The position numbers were made by a program, and so were the translations under genes. The notes beneath the pieces are model-generated. The model was given only the letters and a program-made list of their open reading frames with translations. It was not told where the DNA came from and did no database searches. From the NCBI GenBank assembly GCA_023898665.1, contig CP060233.1, positions 18,801 through 82,800 on the forward strand: a stretch of 64,000 bases of DNA. Direction: 5' to 3'. This document shows, piece by piece, positions 1 through 10,477 of this stretch (the stretch's first letter is position 1; each line of letters begins with the position of its first letter). The DNA comes from Candidatus Nomurabacteria bacterium (lineage in GTDB: Bacteria > Patescibacteriota > Saccharimonadia > Saccharimonadales > HK-STAS-PATE-42).

Positions 1-65
1 ACTGAGTTATAGAGTCTATCCGGATTTAATTCTCTTTGGAGTGATTTGGTTTTTTTACGTGGCAT
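1..65 (-). CDS. rpsG: 30S ribosomal protein S7, N-terminal fragment (gene continues beyond the left edge)
   Basis: Reverse complement of 1..65 starts ATG CCA CGT AAA and reads MPRKKTKSLQRELNPDRLYNS, the MPR-basic N-terminus typical of S7. It lies 65 nt downstream of rpsL, as in the conserved str operon. It is truncated, so absent from the ORF track. Confidence 0.7.
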   Translation of the reverse strand, partial: MPRKKTKSLQRELNPDRLYNS

Positions 66-130
66 AATTATATCCTCTACTACTTAGAACTCTTCTTAAC
101 TCCATACTTAGAGCGGCTCTTTTTTCTGTC

Positions 131-493
131 TTAAACTCCTTGGAGATCCATTGAACCACGTACGATTGTGTAACGCACACCGATGAGGTCAGGAACACGT
201 CCTCCACGCACTAGAACTGCTGCGTGCTCTTGGAGGTTGTGACCTTCTCCAGGAATATATGCCCAGAACTCTTCTCCGTTGGTTAAGCGCACACGAGCAA
301 CTTTACGCATCGCTGAGTTAGGCTTCTTAGGGGTAAGAGTCGTAACCTTAATACATACACCACGTCTAAAAGGAGATGGCTTATTATACTTTTTATTTCT
401 TTTAGTATTGTTAACCACCTTTAAGGCAGGAGACTTTGGCTTTTTATTAGCCTTTTTTCGCGGCTTGCGAAGTAACTGATTTACGGTTGGCAT
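131..493 (-). CDS. rpsL: 30S ribosomal protein S12
   Basis: 120-aa [16 protein letters not shown]... with S12 signatures [19 protein letters not shown] and [25 protein letters not shown]. Confidence 0.97.
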   Translation of the reverse strand: MPTVNQLLRKPRKKANKKPKSPALKVVNNTKRNKKYNKPSPFRRGVCIKVTTLTPKKPNSAMRKVARVRLTNGEEFWAYIPGEGHNLQEHAAVLVRGGRVPDLIGVRYTIVRGSMDLQGV

Positions 494-646
494 ATATATT
501 AAAACTCTTTAACCCTAACTGGGAGATATTCTTAGTGTTCTTTCTTAAAATATTTAAGTTTACTCGTCTTTAGTATGTAATTATACTCTTTTGTTCCCTG
601 TAAAACAAGTCTTTTAAAGAGAGGCGGTCTCGGTCTCAGACGACTC

Positions 647-3600
647 TTATTGGTCGTCTGAAAGTAGTCCTCCATTCTTATTTCTGGCGCCTGTTCCAAC
701 TGGAATCTTTCGACCGATAATCACGTTTTCTTTTAGACCACGTAACTTATCTGTCTTTCCAGTTATAGCAGCTCCAACAAGAACTCTGGTTGTTTCTTGG
801 AAGCTTGCAGCTGATAAGAAGCTATCAGAGGCAATTGAAGCACGAGTTAAGCCTAGCAGTAGTTGGCTGTAAACAATTGGCTTCTTACCTTCTTTGGTTA
901 GGACATCGTTTTCTTCTATTGCGCTAGCTCTTGAGATTACCTCACCTGCAGCATATAGGCTATCACCTGGATCTTCTACTCTTACTCTACTGAACATTTG
1001 TCTTACGACAAGCTCGAGATGCTTAGCATTAATATCGATACCTTGTGATGCGTATAGGGCTAGAACTTGGTTAATTATGTAACGTTGTGCAGCCTCTACA
1101 CCTTTGTACTCAAGAATCTCATTAGGATCAAGTGATCCTTCTGTTAACTGATCACCAGCCTGAACCTTATCACCGTCTGATACTGTTAGCTGAGTATTCT
1201 TAGATAGAGTGTACTTAGTTGTTGCCTTTTGTGAAGCTGTAACTATGACTGCCTCAGGAGTTACTTCGACTTTACCGGCAAATGTTGCAACAATTTGCTT
1301 TGCATTTTCATCGGTACTTGCAAGGACATCTCCTGCTAGAACGTCACTTCCTGATGCAACACGAGCTTGTCTGTCTTCTAACTTAAACTCTTCCTTTCTA
1401 GCTTCACTTGGAGTAATTTGAATGACCTGTGTTTCACCATCTTCCCACACAGAAACTACACCATCAAGCTCAGCAATAGTTGCCTTACCTTTAGGGATCC
1501 TTGCTTCAAGAAGCTCATCTACACGAGGAAGACCTTTAGTCACATCGCTTTCTGTAGCTGAACCAGCCTGGTGCTTTGTATCAAGAGTCAACTGAGTAGT
1601 GTTTTCTCCTAGAGATTGTGCAGCGATTACCCCAACCGCTTGGTGAGGCTCGACCACCTGACCAGTTGCTAGGTCTACACCGTAAGATTTTACATCGACA
1701 CCACGTAGGTTGGAGCATGTTAGAACGCTCATGATTGTTACTTCCGAAATTGAGTCATCTTTTTCGATTGCTTCAGCAACTTCTTTGCTTATTAGCTCGC
1801 CAGCCTTAACGTGAGATTTAACATCTTTGGCCGCAAACCTACCATGTAGTCTATCAGCAAATTTGATTCCAGTTTCTTCTGCTTCTGTTTTGTATACTGT
1901 AAATCCAGGGTCTTCAGCCTCGCCATTTACCGTATAGATATCTTGGGCGATATCAACCATACGACGCGTTAGGTAACCGGCATCAGCGGTTTTAAGTGCT
2001 GTATCGATTAGACCCTTACGCGCAGCAGAACTATCTATAAAGTACTCTACTGGGTTGAAACCAGTTTTATAGTTACTTCGAATTGGAAGTTCTATCTCAC
2101 GACCAACGGCATCTACTACGATACCTTTCATACCGGCAACGTTTTTGAACTGGCCGATTGATCCACGAGCTCCAGAAACGGCAGCCATTTCCATACCTGA
2201 GTCGATTCTTTTAAACTGCTCCTGAATAGCTGCAGATATTTTTCTATCGACTGCTTTCCAGGCTTCAACAGTTGCTCGTCTTTTTTCTTCGTCAGTAAGT
2301 AAACCTTGTTTGTGTTGCTCAGCAACTTCGGCAACTTTATCCTCTCCTTCTTTTAGGAGCTCTGGTAAGTTCTTAATGTCAGCATAGTCATCCATACCAG
2401 TTGATAATCCAGAGATTGTAGCCCAAGCAAATCCTAGTTCTTTAAGGTCGTTTGCTACTTTAGCTGCACCGGCTGGACCGAATTTTTCAAAAGCAATAGC
2501 CATAACTGCTTTTAGGCTCGAACTATCCATTGGCTTGTTCTGGAAGTCTATTCCTTCTGGCATTGTGGCATTAAAGATTAAACGACCGTAAGTTGTCTCA
2601 ATCTTTTTGCCGTCATATATTGTGATGATTGGTTGTTGCAAAGATAGCTGACCGCGTTTATATGCAGCTTCAGCCTCTTGCATAGAACCTATTACAGGAG
2701 ATTTGTAATTCTCATCTTCTTCGAACTCTGGACGAATGTAAGTTAAGAAGTAACATCCTAGAACAATGTCTTGAGAGAGGTGAAGGATTGGAGATCCATC
2801 AGCAGGTTTTAACAAGTTAAGGTTAGCAGCCATAATCTCACGAGCCTCCCTTTGAGCCTCGTCAGAGAGTGGTAGGTGAACCGCCATCTGATCTCCGTCG
2901 AAGTCAGCGTTAAATCCTGCACAAACAAGTGGGTGCAACTGAATAGCACGACCGTTATTTAGTTTAGGTTTAAACGCTAGGACTGATAACCTGTGCAGGG
3001 TAGGAGCACGGTTTAGTAGAACATACTTGCCTTCCATAACGGCATCAAGGGCATCCCAAATTACAGCATCACGGAGTTCAATTAGTCTGTTTGCACCTTT
3101 GATGTTTTGGGCGTATTCATTCTCAATTAACCATCCGATGACATGTGCTTTGAATAGCTCTAATGCCATTGCACGAGGTAAACCACATTCATCAAGCTCG
3201 AGTTCTGGACCAGAAACGATTACACTACGTCCTGAGTAGTCAACACGTTTACCAAGAAGGTTCCCACGAAGACGTCCTTGTTTACCTTTAAGCACATCCG
3301 TTAGAGATTTTAGCTTTCTTCTTCCGCCTGTAGCGGTAACTGCACGAGAACCGCGCCCAGCATTATCGATTAGTGCATCGACAGCTTCTTGTAGCATTCT
3401 TTTTTCGTTACGCTTAATTAGCTCCGGTGCACCAAGTGCTGTAAGCTTTTTTAGACGGTTATTTCTGTTGATTACACGTCTATATAAATCATTTAGATCT
3501 GAAGTTGCAAAACGCCCTCCAGAAAGTGAAACCATTGGACGAAGCTCCGGTGGAATCACAGGCACAACTGTTAGACACATCCAGCTTGGGTCGATTCCAG

Positions 3601-4465
3601 CTTTATGGATACCTTCGACAATCTTTAATCTCTTGATTAGTTTTTTGTACTTTTGTCCACTTGCTTCTTCGACTTCTGTTCTTAAATCTTCGATTAGCTT
3701 TTCTAGATCTAGCTCTTTTAAGGCTTCATAAATCGCCTCAGCTCCCATGCTAACTTTAACGACGTCTTTATACTCTTGTGGCATCTGACCGAAGTCAGCC
3801 TCGGTTATAAGTGAAGACTCTTTAAGAGCATCGAGTTGAGATTTTCTTTCTAAGAATGCAGCATTAACAGCGTCGGTTTCTTTTGAGCGAGCCTTGGCAA
3901 GTTCTTTAACATCTGCACCTTCAGCATTTGAGAGCTCTTCGTATCGAGCTTCGATTGCCTTCTTCTCTGTGTCTACTGCTGCATCTAAATCAGAATAAAG
4001 TGAGGCTTTTTTCTCTTCATCAACCTCATTAATCATATAGGCCGAGAAGTAAATCACTCGCTCAAGTGACTTAGCACTCATACCTAGTAGGTTACTGATC
4101 GCACTTGGGTTAGACCGAAGGAACCAAGTGTGCACTGCTGGAACCTCTAACTTGATGTGGGCCATACGCTCACGTCGAGAGTTTGAGTTAGTGACTAGTC
4201 TGCCCTTCTTATCTACGGCCATGTCTCTAGCTCGAACACCTTTAAAGCGTGGGTCATGCTGAGAAATGTTCTTAGTTGGACCAAAGATCTTTTCGCAGAA
4301 TAGACCATCTTTTTCTGGCTTATTAGTACGGTAGTTAATTGTTTCTGATTTTGTGACTTCTCCATTAGAAAGATCTAGAATCCTTTGTGGTGAAGCAACT
4401 GTTAGTTTGATCTCATCAAAATCTGAGAGAACTGCGCTTGTGTCGTCGTAATATGTTGGTGTCAT
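647..4465 (-). CDS. rpoC: DNA-directed RNA polymerase subunit beta-prime
   Basis: 1272-aa ORF containing the universal catalytic motif NADFDGDQMAVH (CAGFNADFDGDQMAVHLPLS). It follows rpoB by 43 nt in the canonical rpoB-rpoC order. Confidence 0.98.
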   Translation of the reverse strand: MTPTYYDDTSAVLSDFDEIKLTVASPQRILDLSNGEVTKSETINYRTNKPEKDGLFCEKIFGPTKNISQHDPRFKGVRARDMAVDKKGRLVTNSNSRRERMAHIKLEVPAVHTWFLRSNPSAISNLLGMSAKSLERVIYFSAYMINEVDEEKKASLYSDLDAAVDTEKKAIEARYEELSNAEGADVKELAKARSKETDAVNAAFLERKSQLDALKESSLITEADFGQMPQEYKDVVKVSMGAEAIYEALKELDLEKLIEDLRTEVEEASGQKYKKLIKRLKIVEGIHKAGIDPSWMCLTVVPVIPPELRPMVSLSGGRFATSDLNDLYRRVINRNNRLKKLTALGAPELIKRNEKRMLQEAVDALIDNAGRGSRAVTATGGRRKLKSLTDVLKGKQGRLRGNLLGKRVDYSGRSVIVSGPELELDECGLPRAMALELFKAHVIGWLIENEYAQNIKGANRLIELRDAVIWDALDAVMEGKYVLLNRAPTLHRLSVLAFKPKLNNGRAIQLHPLVCAGFNADFDGDQMAVHLPLSDEAQREAREIMAANLNLLKPADGSPILHLSQDIVLGCYFLTYIRPEFEEDENYKSPVIGSMQEAEAAYKRGQLSLQQPIITIYDGKKIETTYGRLIFNATMPEGIDFQNKPMDSSSLKAVMAIAFEKFGPAGAAKVANDLKELGFAWATISGLSTGMDDYADIKNLPELLKEGEDKVAEVAEQHKQGLLTDEEKRRATVEAWKAVDRKISAAIQEQFKRIDSGMEMAAVSGARGSIGQFKNVAGMKGIVVDAVGREIELPIRSNYKTGFNPVEYFIDSSAARKGLIDTALKTADAGYLTRRMVDIAQDIYTVNGEAEDPGFTVYKTEAEETGIKFADRLHGRFAAKDVKSHVKAGELISKEVAEAIEKDDSISEVTIMSVLTCSNLRGVDVKSYGVDLATGQVVEPHQAVGVIAAQSLGENTTQLTLDTKHQAGSATESDVTKGLPRVDELLEARIPKGKATIAELDGVVSVWEDGETQVIQITPSEARKEEFKLEDRQARVASGSDVLAGDVLASTDENAKQIVATFAGKVEVTPEAVIVTASQKATTKYTLSKNTQLTVSDGDKVQAGDQLTEGSLDPNEILEYKGVEAAQRYIINQVLALYASQGIDINAKHLELVVRQMFSRVRVEDPGDSLYAAGEVISRASAIEENDVLTKEGKKPIVYSQLLLGLTRASIASDSFLSAASFQETTRVLVGAAITGKTDKLRGLKENVIIGRKIPVGTGARNKNGGLLSDDQ

Positions 4466-4508
4466 AATCTTTTACCTTAAGTTTTTATAATTCTTTAATT
4501 ATTTAAAC

Positions 4509-7500
4509 TTATGCTTGGTCCTCCTCTACTTTAGATTCGATTTCATCTGCCAGATCTTGAGTGTCGTCATCGTTGTCACCACTAACAACCGAGTCTACTC
4601 CATCACCTCCTGTGAAATCAGAGCTTAATCCAGATACATCAATATCATTTGGACTTAGTGAGCTTTCGGCTTCAATGGCTTCTTCGACTTCTGAACTTAC
4701 TGGAGTTTCTTGTTGAGCAATGTCTTCGATTAGGTCTTCTGCTTCAGTAGTACTCTCCTGATTACTGGTAGAATGAGTTGCTTCGTATCTATCACCGACT
4801 AGTTGGACATCGAGACCTAAGCCCTGAAGCTCGCTAACGAGAACTTTAAAGCTTTCTGGCAGTTTAGAGCTGACGATCTTTCTAGACTTAACTAGAGATT
4901 CGTAAGCTTTTGATCTACCGACCATGTCGTCAGATTTAATTGTAAGCATTTCCTGAAGAACATTAGCTGCGCCGAATGCTTCGAGAGCCCAAACTTCCAT
5001 TTCTCCAAAACGCTGACCTCCGAATTGGGCCTTACCACCGAGTGGCTGCTGAGTCACCTTAGTGTATGGACCAATGCTTCTAGCGTGGATCTTATTTTCG
5101 ATCATGTGCTCGAGCTTGAGCATGTGCATGTAACCAATTGCTGTTCTTTCTTCGAAAGCTTCTCCAGTTCGTCCATCAAAGAGCTGTACTTTTCCGTCCT
5201 CTTCAAATCCTGCTTTCTTAAGCTCAGATTTAATTTGCTCAGTTGTAACTCTATTAAATGAAGGTGAGGCTACTTTGTAGCCTAAAGCTTTAGCAGCTAA
5301 GCTTAAGTGCATCTCGAAAACCTGGCCTAAGTTCATACGACTTGGCACTCCGAGTGGAGTTAAGACCATATCAACAGGTTGTCCGTCTTCGGTAAACGGC
5401 ATGTCTTCTACCGGTAGAATCTTTGCAATTGTACCTTTGTTTCCGTAACGTCCAGCAAACTTATCTCCTACTTCGACCTTAGCCATGTGAGCTACAAATA
5501 CTTGTACTTGCATCAAGACATCAGACCTTAAGTTGTGACCACCTTCACGAGTGAAGATCTTAACGTCGACAACTTTACCGCTTTTTCCATTTGGCATGCG
5601 AAGAGAAGTATCTTTGACATCTTTAGCGTTGTCACCAAAGATAGCGCGAAGCAGTCTTTCTTCTCCAGAAAGTTCTGTTTCTCCTTTTGGTGTGATCTTA
5701 CCAACTAGGATATCTCCAGCTTTTACTTCTGCTCCAACGCTGACAATACCGAATTCATCAAGATGCCTTAGTGACTCTTCTGAAGCATTAGGAATATCCC
5801 GAGATACTTGCTCTCGGCCAAGTTTAGTTTCTCTAACATCTAATTGGAAGTCTTCAATATGAATAGACGTATATTCGTCATCCCTAACTAATCTTTCGGA
5901 TATAACGATTGAGTCTTCGAAGTTGTATCCTTCCCATGGCATGAATGCTACAAGAACATCTTTACCTAAGGCGAGTTCCCCGCTAGCAACGCTCATGCCT
6001 TCAATCAGAGGTTGACCTTTTTTGACTTTGTCACCAGTTTTAACGACTACTTTTTGGTTAATACTTGTGCCGTCATTACTTCTTACAAAGTGCTGAGGCT
6101 CGTAAGTTCTCGTTCCAGACTTATACTTAATATTAAGTTTATTAGCGTCAGAATAAGTAACCTCGCCATCTTCATCTGCTACTACTAATTGACCAGTAGA
6201 CTTAGCTACTTCATGTTCTAGTCCAGTTCCTACGATTGGAGACTCAGTCTTAATTAAAGGTACAGCCTGACGTTGCATATTTGCACCCATCAAAGCACGT
6301 TTTGCTTCGTTAGTTTCGATAAAAGGAATTAGGGCAGCAGAAGTACCAAGACTTTCTGATTGAGAAGCATCAATGTGAGTTAGATCAGCTACGTCGACTT
6401 CTTCTGGTTTAAAGCCGACACGAGCAGCAACGCGGTCAGAAGTGATCTTGCCTGCTTCGTTTACTTCAATGTTAGACGAGGCAATAACTGCATTTTTTTC
6501 TGCTTCGACGTCCAAATATTCGACTTCGTCCGTAATCTTACCTTTTACTACTTTTCTGTAAGGAGCTTCGATAAAGCCGAACTCATTAATTCTCGCATAA
6601 GAGGCCATAGTCAAAACTAGACCGATGTTTGGACCTTCTGGAGTCTCAATAGTACAGATTCTACCGTAGTGAGTCGAGTGAGTATCACGAACCTCAAACC
6701 CGGCGCGTTCACGTGTTAGGCCTCCAGTACCAAGACTGGTAATCCTTCTTTTATTGGAAAGCTCTCTTAAGGCGTTTGTTTGCTCCATGTACTGAGAAAG
6801 TTGACCAGTGTTATAAAACTCATGAACTGAGGCAACAACTGGACGAGAGTTCACTAAAGACACAGGAGTTGCAGTCTCAACGTCTGCAAGAGTCATTCTG
6901 TCTTTAATGTTTTTTTCTAAACGTAATAGACCTTTTCTGAACTGTTGCTCAAGTAGCTCACCAACAAGTCTAACCCTACGGTTTGCAAGGCTATCCATAT
7001 CATCGGCAGCCTCCTGGGAGATATTAAGTCTAATTAACTCTTTAATTGTTGCAACTAGGTCTTCTTTCCGTAAAACTCTTCCTTCTGGAGTAAATGGGGC
7101 CTCTAGACCTAAGCGGCGATTCATCTTGTATCTACCAACTTTACCAAGATCAAATCTCTTGAAGTTAAAGAGCATGCTCTCTATTAGTGACTTAGCATTA
7201 TCAACTGTGGCCATCTCACCTGGACGTAAACGACTAAACACTTCGATCAGAGCCTCGGCTTGGGTATTTGTGTTATCTTTTTTGATTGTCTCTTTGATGT
7301 AATTGACCTCACCAGTGTTTACATCTTTAAAAGTATCTTCGATTTCTTTGTTTGAGGCAAAACCTGTAGCTTTTAAGAAAGTGGTTAGAGGGATCTTTCT
7401 TCTTTTGTCAATTTTTACGCTTAGTGTTCCGTTAGCGGCAGTTTCAAACTCCATCCAAGATCCACGAACTGGGTTAATTTTAGCGCTATATAACCTTTTA

Positions 7501-7991
7501 CCAAGTGATGATTCGCTCATTGAGAACATTACGCCTGGAGATCGAACTAACTGACCAACTACTACTCTTTCAGCACCATTTATTACGAAGCTTCCTCGCT
7601 CGGTCATCCAAGGATATTGGCCCATGTAGATGTGAGCTTCTTTAACCTCTCCGGTTGCTTTATTAATTAGCTCAGCACGAATCTTCAGTGATGCCTCAAA
7701 AGTTGTATTGTTAGTTCTTGCTTCGAGTTCTGAGACTTCTGGGTCATCAAAAGCGTAATCTAAGAGCTTAAGCTCCATCTTCTCTCCAGTATAGTCAGAA
7801 ATTGAGCTAAACTCTGAGAGAACTTCACCTAAACCTCTTGTGACAAAGTCTTTAAATGACGAAACTTGGTGCTCAATTTGATCTGGAAGATCAATAGCAT
7901 CTAAGCTCTTGTTAAAAAATTTACGACCGTTTTTAGTATCTTCTTTGTTTTTTGCAGTTGTTTTTGTAGTTTTTGTGGTGCTTGTTGCCAT
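4509..7991 (-). CDS. rpoB: DNA-directed RNA polymerase subunit beta, with an approximately 96-aa acidic C-terminal tail
   Basis: 1160-aa ORF with beta-subunit blocks (GRYGNKGTIAKILPVEDMPF, PSRMNLGQVFEMHL, GGQRFGEMEVWALEAFGAA). The tail after ELQGLGLDVQL is D/E/S-rich. Confidence 0.98.
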   Translation of the reverse strand: MATSTTKTTKTTAKNKEDTKNGRKFFNKSLDAIDLPDQIEHQVSSFKDFVTRGLGEVLSEFSSISDYTGEKMELKLLDYAFDDPEVSELEARTNNTTFEASLKIRAELINKATGEVKEAHIYMGQYPWMTERGSFVINGAERVVVGQLVRSPGVMFSMSESSLGKRLYSAKINPVRGSWMEFETAANGTLSVKIDKRRKIPLTTFLKATGFASNKEIEDTFKDVNTGEVNYIKETIKKDNTNTQAEALIEVFSRLRPGEMATVDNAKSLIESMLFNFKRFDLGKVGRYKMNRRLGLEAPFTPEGRVLRKEDLVATIKELIRLNISQEAADDMDSLANRRVRLVGELLEQQFRKGLLRLEKNIKDRMTLADVETATPVSLVNSRPVVASVHEFYNTGQLSQYMEQTNALRELSNKRRITSLGTGGLTRERAGFEVRDTHSTHYGRICTIETPEGPNIGLVLTMASYARINEFGFIEAPYRKVVKGKITDEVEYLDVEAEKNAVIASSNIEVNEAGKITSDRVAARVGFKPEEVDVADLTHIDASQSESLGTSAALIPFIETNEAKRALMGANMQRQAVPLIKTESPIVGTGLEHEVAKSTGQLVVADEDGEVTYSDANKLNIKYKSGTRTYEPQHFVRSNDGTSINQKVVVKTGDKVKKGQPLIEGMSVASGELALGKDVLVAFMPWEGYNFEDSIVISERLVRDDEYTSIHIEDFQLDVRETKLGREQVSRDIPNASEESLRHLDEFGIVSVGAEVKAGDILVGKITPKGETELSGEERLLRAIFGDNAKDVKDTSLRMPNGKSGKVVDVKIFTREGGHNLRSDVLMQVQVFVAHMAKVEVGDKFAGRYGNKGTIAKILPVEDMPFTEDGQPVDMVLTPLGVPSRMNLGQVFEMHLSLAAKALGYKVASPSFNRVTTEQIKSELKKAGFEEDGKVQLFDGRTGEAFEERTAIGYMHMLKLEHMIENKIHARSIGPYTKVTQQPLGGKAQFGGQRFGEMEVWALEAFGAANVLQEMLTIKSDDMVGRSKAYESLVKSRKIVSSKLPESFKVLVSELQGLGLDVQLVGDRYEATHSTSNQESTTEAEDLIEDIAQQETPVSSEVEEAIEAESSLSPNDIDVSGLSSDFTGGDGVDSVVSGDNDDDTQDLADEIESKVEEDQA

Positions 7992-8273
7992 AAAACGTTA
8001 AATACCCCCAGTTGATATTTTTAATTTAAATAATAGTCTCAGTATTAGACACTAGATACTAGACTCTAAAGAAAGAATGAACCAACTTCTTATTTTAGAG
8101 TCCCTGATTTTTATTTAATCTCAATGTGAGATGGGTGAGTTTTTATTTTAAATGAAGTCCCCTATTAAAGACGAGTGGATGGCCATCCAAAAATGCTCGT
8201 AATTCTTCAAAAACTACTTCGATAAATCTATTTTATCAGATGAACCTAGATTTTGTGAAGATCTAGTATAAAT

Positions 8274-9095
8274 CTAATGCTTAGATTTAAGTCTTTGGGC
8301 AGTTTTTAGAGTGAGGAATATCATAGCTATCAAGATTGATAGTAAGAGAATAATACTACCTATACTCCCTGTTTTAGGTGAGTTGGGGGTTTGGGGGCTA
8401 TTTTGATTATTATTTGATGTTGGTGGAGCTGAATCACATGAACTATCATCGAATAAAGCTTCTACGGACTGTATGGTTGTCTGAAGACCAACTGTCTCGT
8501 CCTCAGCATCATGACCTACAGCGAGTAAAAAATCGTTATTAAGATCCAGACCACTTACATCCCATGTTGCCTCCATCGGCCCCTCGATACCTATACTCCA
8601 CTCGCTTGTTGCTGGTGGGAAGTTTTCACTCCCGACACTCCATCTTCCGACAAAATGTGGTGCGACGTCAGGTGAAAAGCCTTGAGTAACTGGTCTTTGT
8701 GGGATAACTGGAGAAGAAGTTCCATCTACCACATTTGATAACGACATTACTGACCAGTCGGGGTTACCCTCTGTCTCTAGTGAGTTATTTGCAAGGATAT
8801 GTAAAGAATGTAATGTTGCGCTTGGGCAAGGAAGTAAATCTGCTACATTAAAAGTCCATCCGTACCAGTGTCCTTCGTTTTCGTTTGTTACTTCAGTCTG
8901 TGCATTAGAAAATGGCTCTACATATGTATAAGTGCTTGATCCAACTATTTGTGGAGCTAGGCTCGAGCTTGCAGGCACCTCTTGCAATGTTACTGGCTCA
9001 GTCTTTAAGGCAAATATTTCAGAAGGTGTTATTAAAGGAGAAAGTACTGCTAATAATACAATTGTTGTTTTTGTGATGAGTGATTTGATCTTCAT
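8274..9095 (-). CDS. Small secreted surface protein with a C-terminal sortase-type sorting signal (SPKTG + TM helix + basic tail)
   Basis: 273 aa. N-terminal signal peptide (MKIKSLITKTTIVLLAVLSPLITPSEIFA). C-terminus is SPKTG-SIGSIILLLSILIAMIFLTL-KTAQRLKSKH. Confidence 0.65.
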   Translation of the reverse strand: MKIKSLITKTTIVLLAVLSPLITPSEIFALKTEPVTLQEVPASSSLAPQIVGSSTYTYVEPFSNAQTEVTNENEGHWYGWTFNVADLLPCPSATLHSLHILANNSLETEGNPDWSVMSLSNVVDGTSSPVIPQRPVTQGFSPDVAPHFVGRWSVGSENFPPATSEWSIGIEGPMEATWDVSGLDLNNDFLLAVGHDAEDETVGLQTTIQSVEALFDDSSCDSAPPTSNNNQNSPQTPNSPKTGSIGSIILLLSILIAMIFLTLKTAQRLKSKH

Positions 9096-9228
9096 ATTGT
9101 TACCGATTATCTAAACTTTATTACTTTATATTCGGACTTCATATGAATCTCAAGTATGGCATCTTACATCTTATGATATCATTTAGCTTAAGTTTAACAA
9201 TTATGACTGTTAATTTCTAGTTTATTAT

Positions 9229-9831
9229 ATGAGCACAGTGATAAAAGAGGTGGATACCAAGTTTAGTCCAATAAGTTTATTGAAAGAGATTGCACGTAAA
9301 TCTATACATGTAGGAGCTTGTGGAGTAGCTTTATTTTTGATTGGTAGGCAATTGGTAATTTTAGAAGTATTGTTTTTACCAGTAATGGCTCTAGGTTTTT
9401 ACATATCAGAAAAAATTGAGTTTTTTGGCAAAAACATTTCTTTTGGTAAAGAAAGAAAATGGGGAGGAATTATATTAGCTGTTGGCTTAAGCTTAGTTAT
9501 GTTTGCTCCGGTTGAATATGAGGTCAAAAAGTTTGCAATCTTAGTTTTAATGATTGCTGATGTTATGGCTGCTCTGGTGGGTAAGGTAGTTCCTATTAAA
9601 AAAGTAGAGATTTTAGAGGCTTACAAATCTATTGGAGGAAGCTTAGCTTTCTGTGTTGGAGTATTTATTGCTCTTATATTAAGCTTTGGCGCAGCTGTTG
9701 ATTTTGTTTGGTGGCAAATCGCAATTCTGATCTGTATATTAGAGTTGTTTGAATTTTTTAACTGGAGAGGTATTGATAATGTAACTCTACCGATAGCTTC
9801 TTTAAGTCTAGCTAGTCTCTTCTTTATTTAA
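9229..9831 (+). CDS. Polytopic membrane protein, CTP-dependent polyprenol (dolichol/phytol) kinase-like family
   Basis: 200 aa with about 6 hydrophobic helices. RKSIHV near the N-terminus and IADVMAALVGKV...KSIGGSLAF resemble the D-x2-A-x3-G ... K(S/T)xEGS pattern of that family. Function is assigned from motifs only. Confidence 0.5.
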   Translation: MSTVIKEVDTKFSPISLLKEIARKSIHVGACGVALFLIGRQLVILEVLFLPVMALGFYISEKIEFFGKNISFGKERKWGGIILAVGLSLVMFAPVEYEVKKFAILVLMIADVMAALVGKVVPIKKVEILEAYKSIGGSLAFCVGVFIALILSFGAAVDFVWWQIAILICILELFEFFNWRGIDNVTLPIASLSLASLFFI

Positions 9832-10422
9832 GACTTCTTTTATTTGTGAGTAATTAAATCCTTTAGAGACTAAGTAAGACATAAGTTTTTGTTCTGATTC
9901 ATATTTGTTCTTTTTATTTTTTACTAAATCTTTTAAAGAGTTAAGCTCATCTTCTTTACTAAAATTATTAGCTAAAGCGTCTTCGACTACCTCCCCCTTT
10001 ATACCTTTTTGGGCAAGCTCTGATTTTAGCTTTAGAGAAGATATATTACGAGTGAGCTTTCTAGAGTTAACCCACCAATTTGCAAATTCCTTATCGTTTA
10101 GATATCCTTCTTTTTTTAATTTATCAACGAGTTGGTCAATCTCTTCTTGTTCGAACTTTTTTAATCTTAGCTTTGTTCTTATCTCATATTCTGATCTAGG
10201 CCGAGCGTAGATTAAGTTTAGTAATCTTAGATATTGATTAGTTTGAGATGAAAGCTTTTTTAGATCTTCAACTTGATCGTCTTTAAGATGAGACTTAACT
10301 CGGACTTGTTTATGATCGGTAAGCTGAGAGATGGTTAAGCTAAAGCTGTATTTTTCATCAATATATACAGATACTTTATCTCGATTTTTAACTTGGATTT
10401 TTATGTCTGTAATTATAGGCAT
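9808..10422 (-). CDS. recX: Recombination regulator RecX
   Basis: 204 aa with repeated three-helix modules. YARPRSEYEIRTKLRLKKF and EGYLNDKEFANWWVNSR match the RecX pattern. The 3' end overlaps the convergent gene by 24 nt. Confidence 0.8.
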   Translation of the reverse strand: MPIITDIKIQVKNRDKVSVYIDEKYSFSLTISQLTDHKQVRVKSHLKDDQVEDLKKLSSQTNQYLRLLNLIYARPRSEYEIRTKLRLKKFEQEEIDQLVDKLKKEGYLNDKEFANWWVNSRKLTRNISSLKLKSELAQKGIKGEVVEDALANNFSKEDELNSLKDLVKNKKNKYESEQKLMSYLVSKGFNYSQIKEVLNKEETS

Positions 10423-10477
10423 AACTCTTGGTAAACCTAATTATAACTGGTTAACTAAAATGCCAAATATAGTAAGT

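Noticed and set aside
494-646. Possible terminator or attenuator between rpoC and rpsL (GAGAGGCGGTCTCGGTCTCAGAC region)
   Set aside because: Only 3-5-bp imperfect stems could be drawn and there is no U-tract. It is most simply an intergenic spacer with a promoter for rpsL.
894-7554. Many 60-130-aa ORFs on the plus strand inside rpoC and rpoB (for example 3468..3731, 5551..5862, 6907..7302, 7303..7554)
   Set aside because: They lie antisense to two unambiguous, fully conserved genes, have S/L/F-rich shadow-ORF composition, and show no start context. They are typical antisense artefacts.
8174-8187. 14-bp perfect palindrome TGGATGGCCATCCA in the rpoB upstream region, and a weak CTAGAT...ATCTAG hairpin at about 8246..8266
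   Set aside because: Neither has a U-tract in the right orientation to act as a terminator for the upstream minus-strand gene, and there are no repeats elsewhere in the window. This is too little to call an operator.
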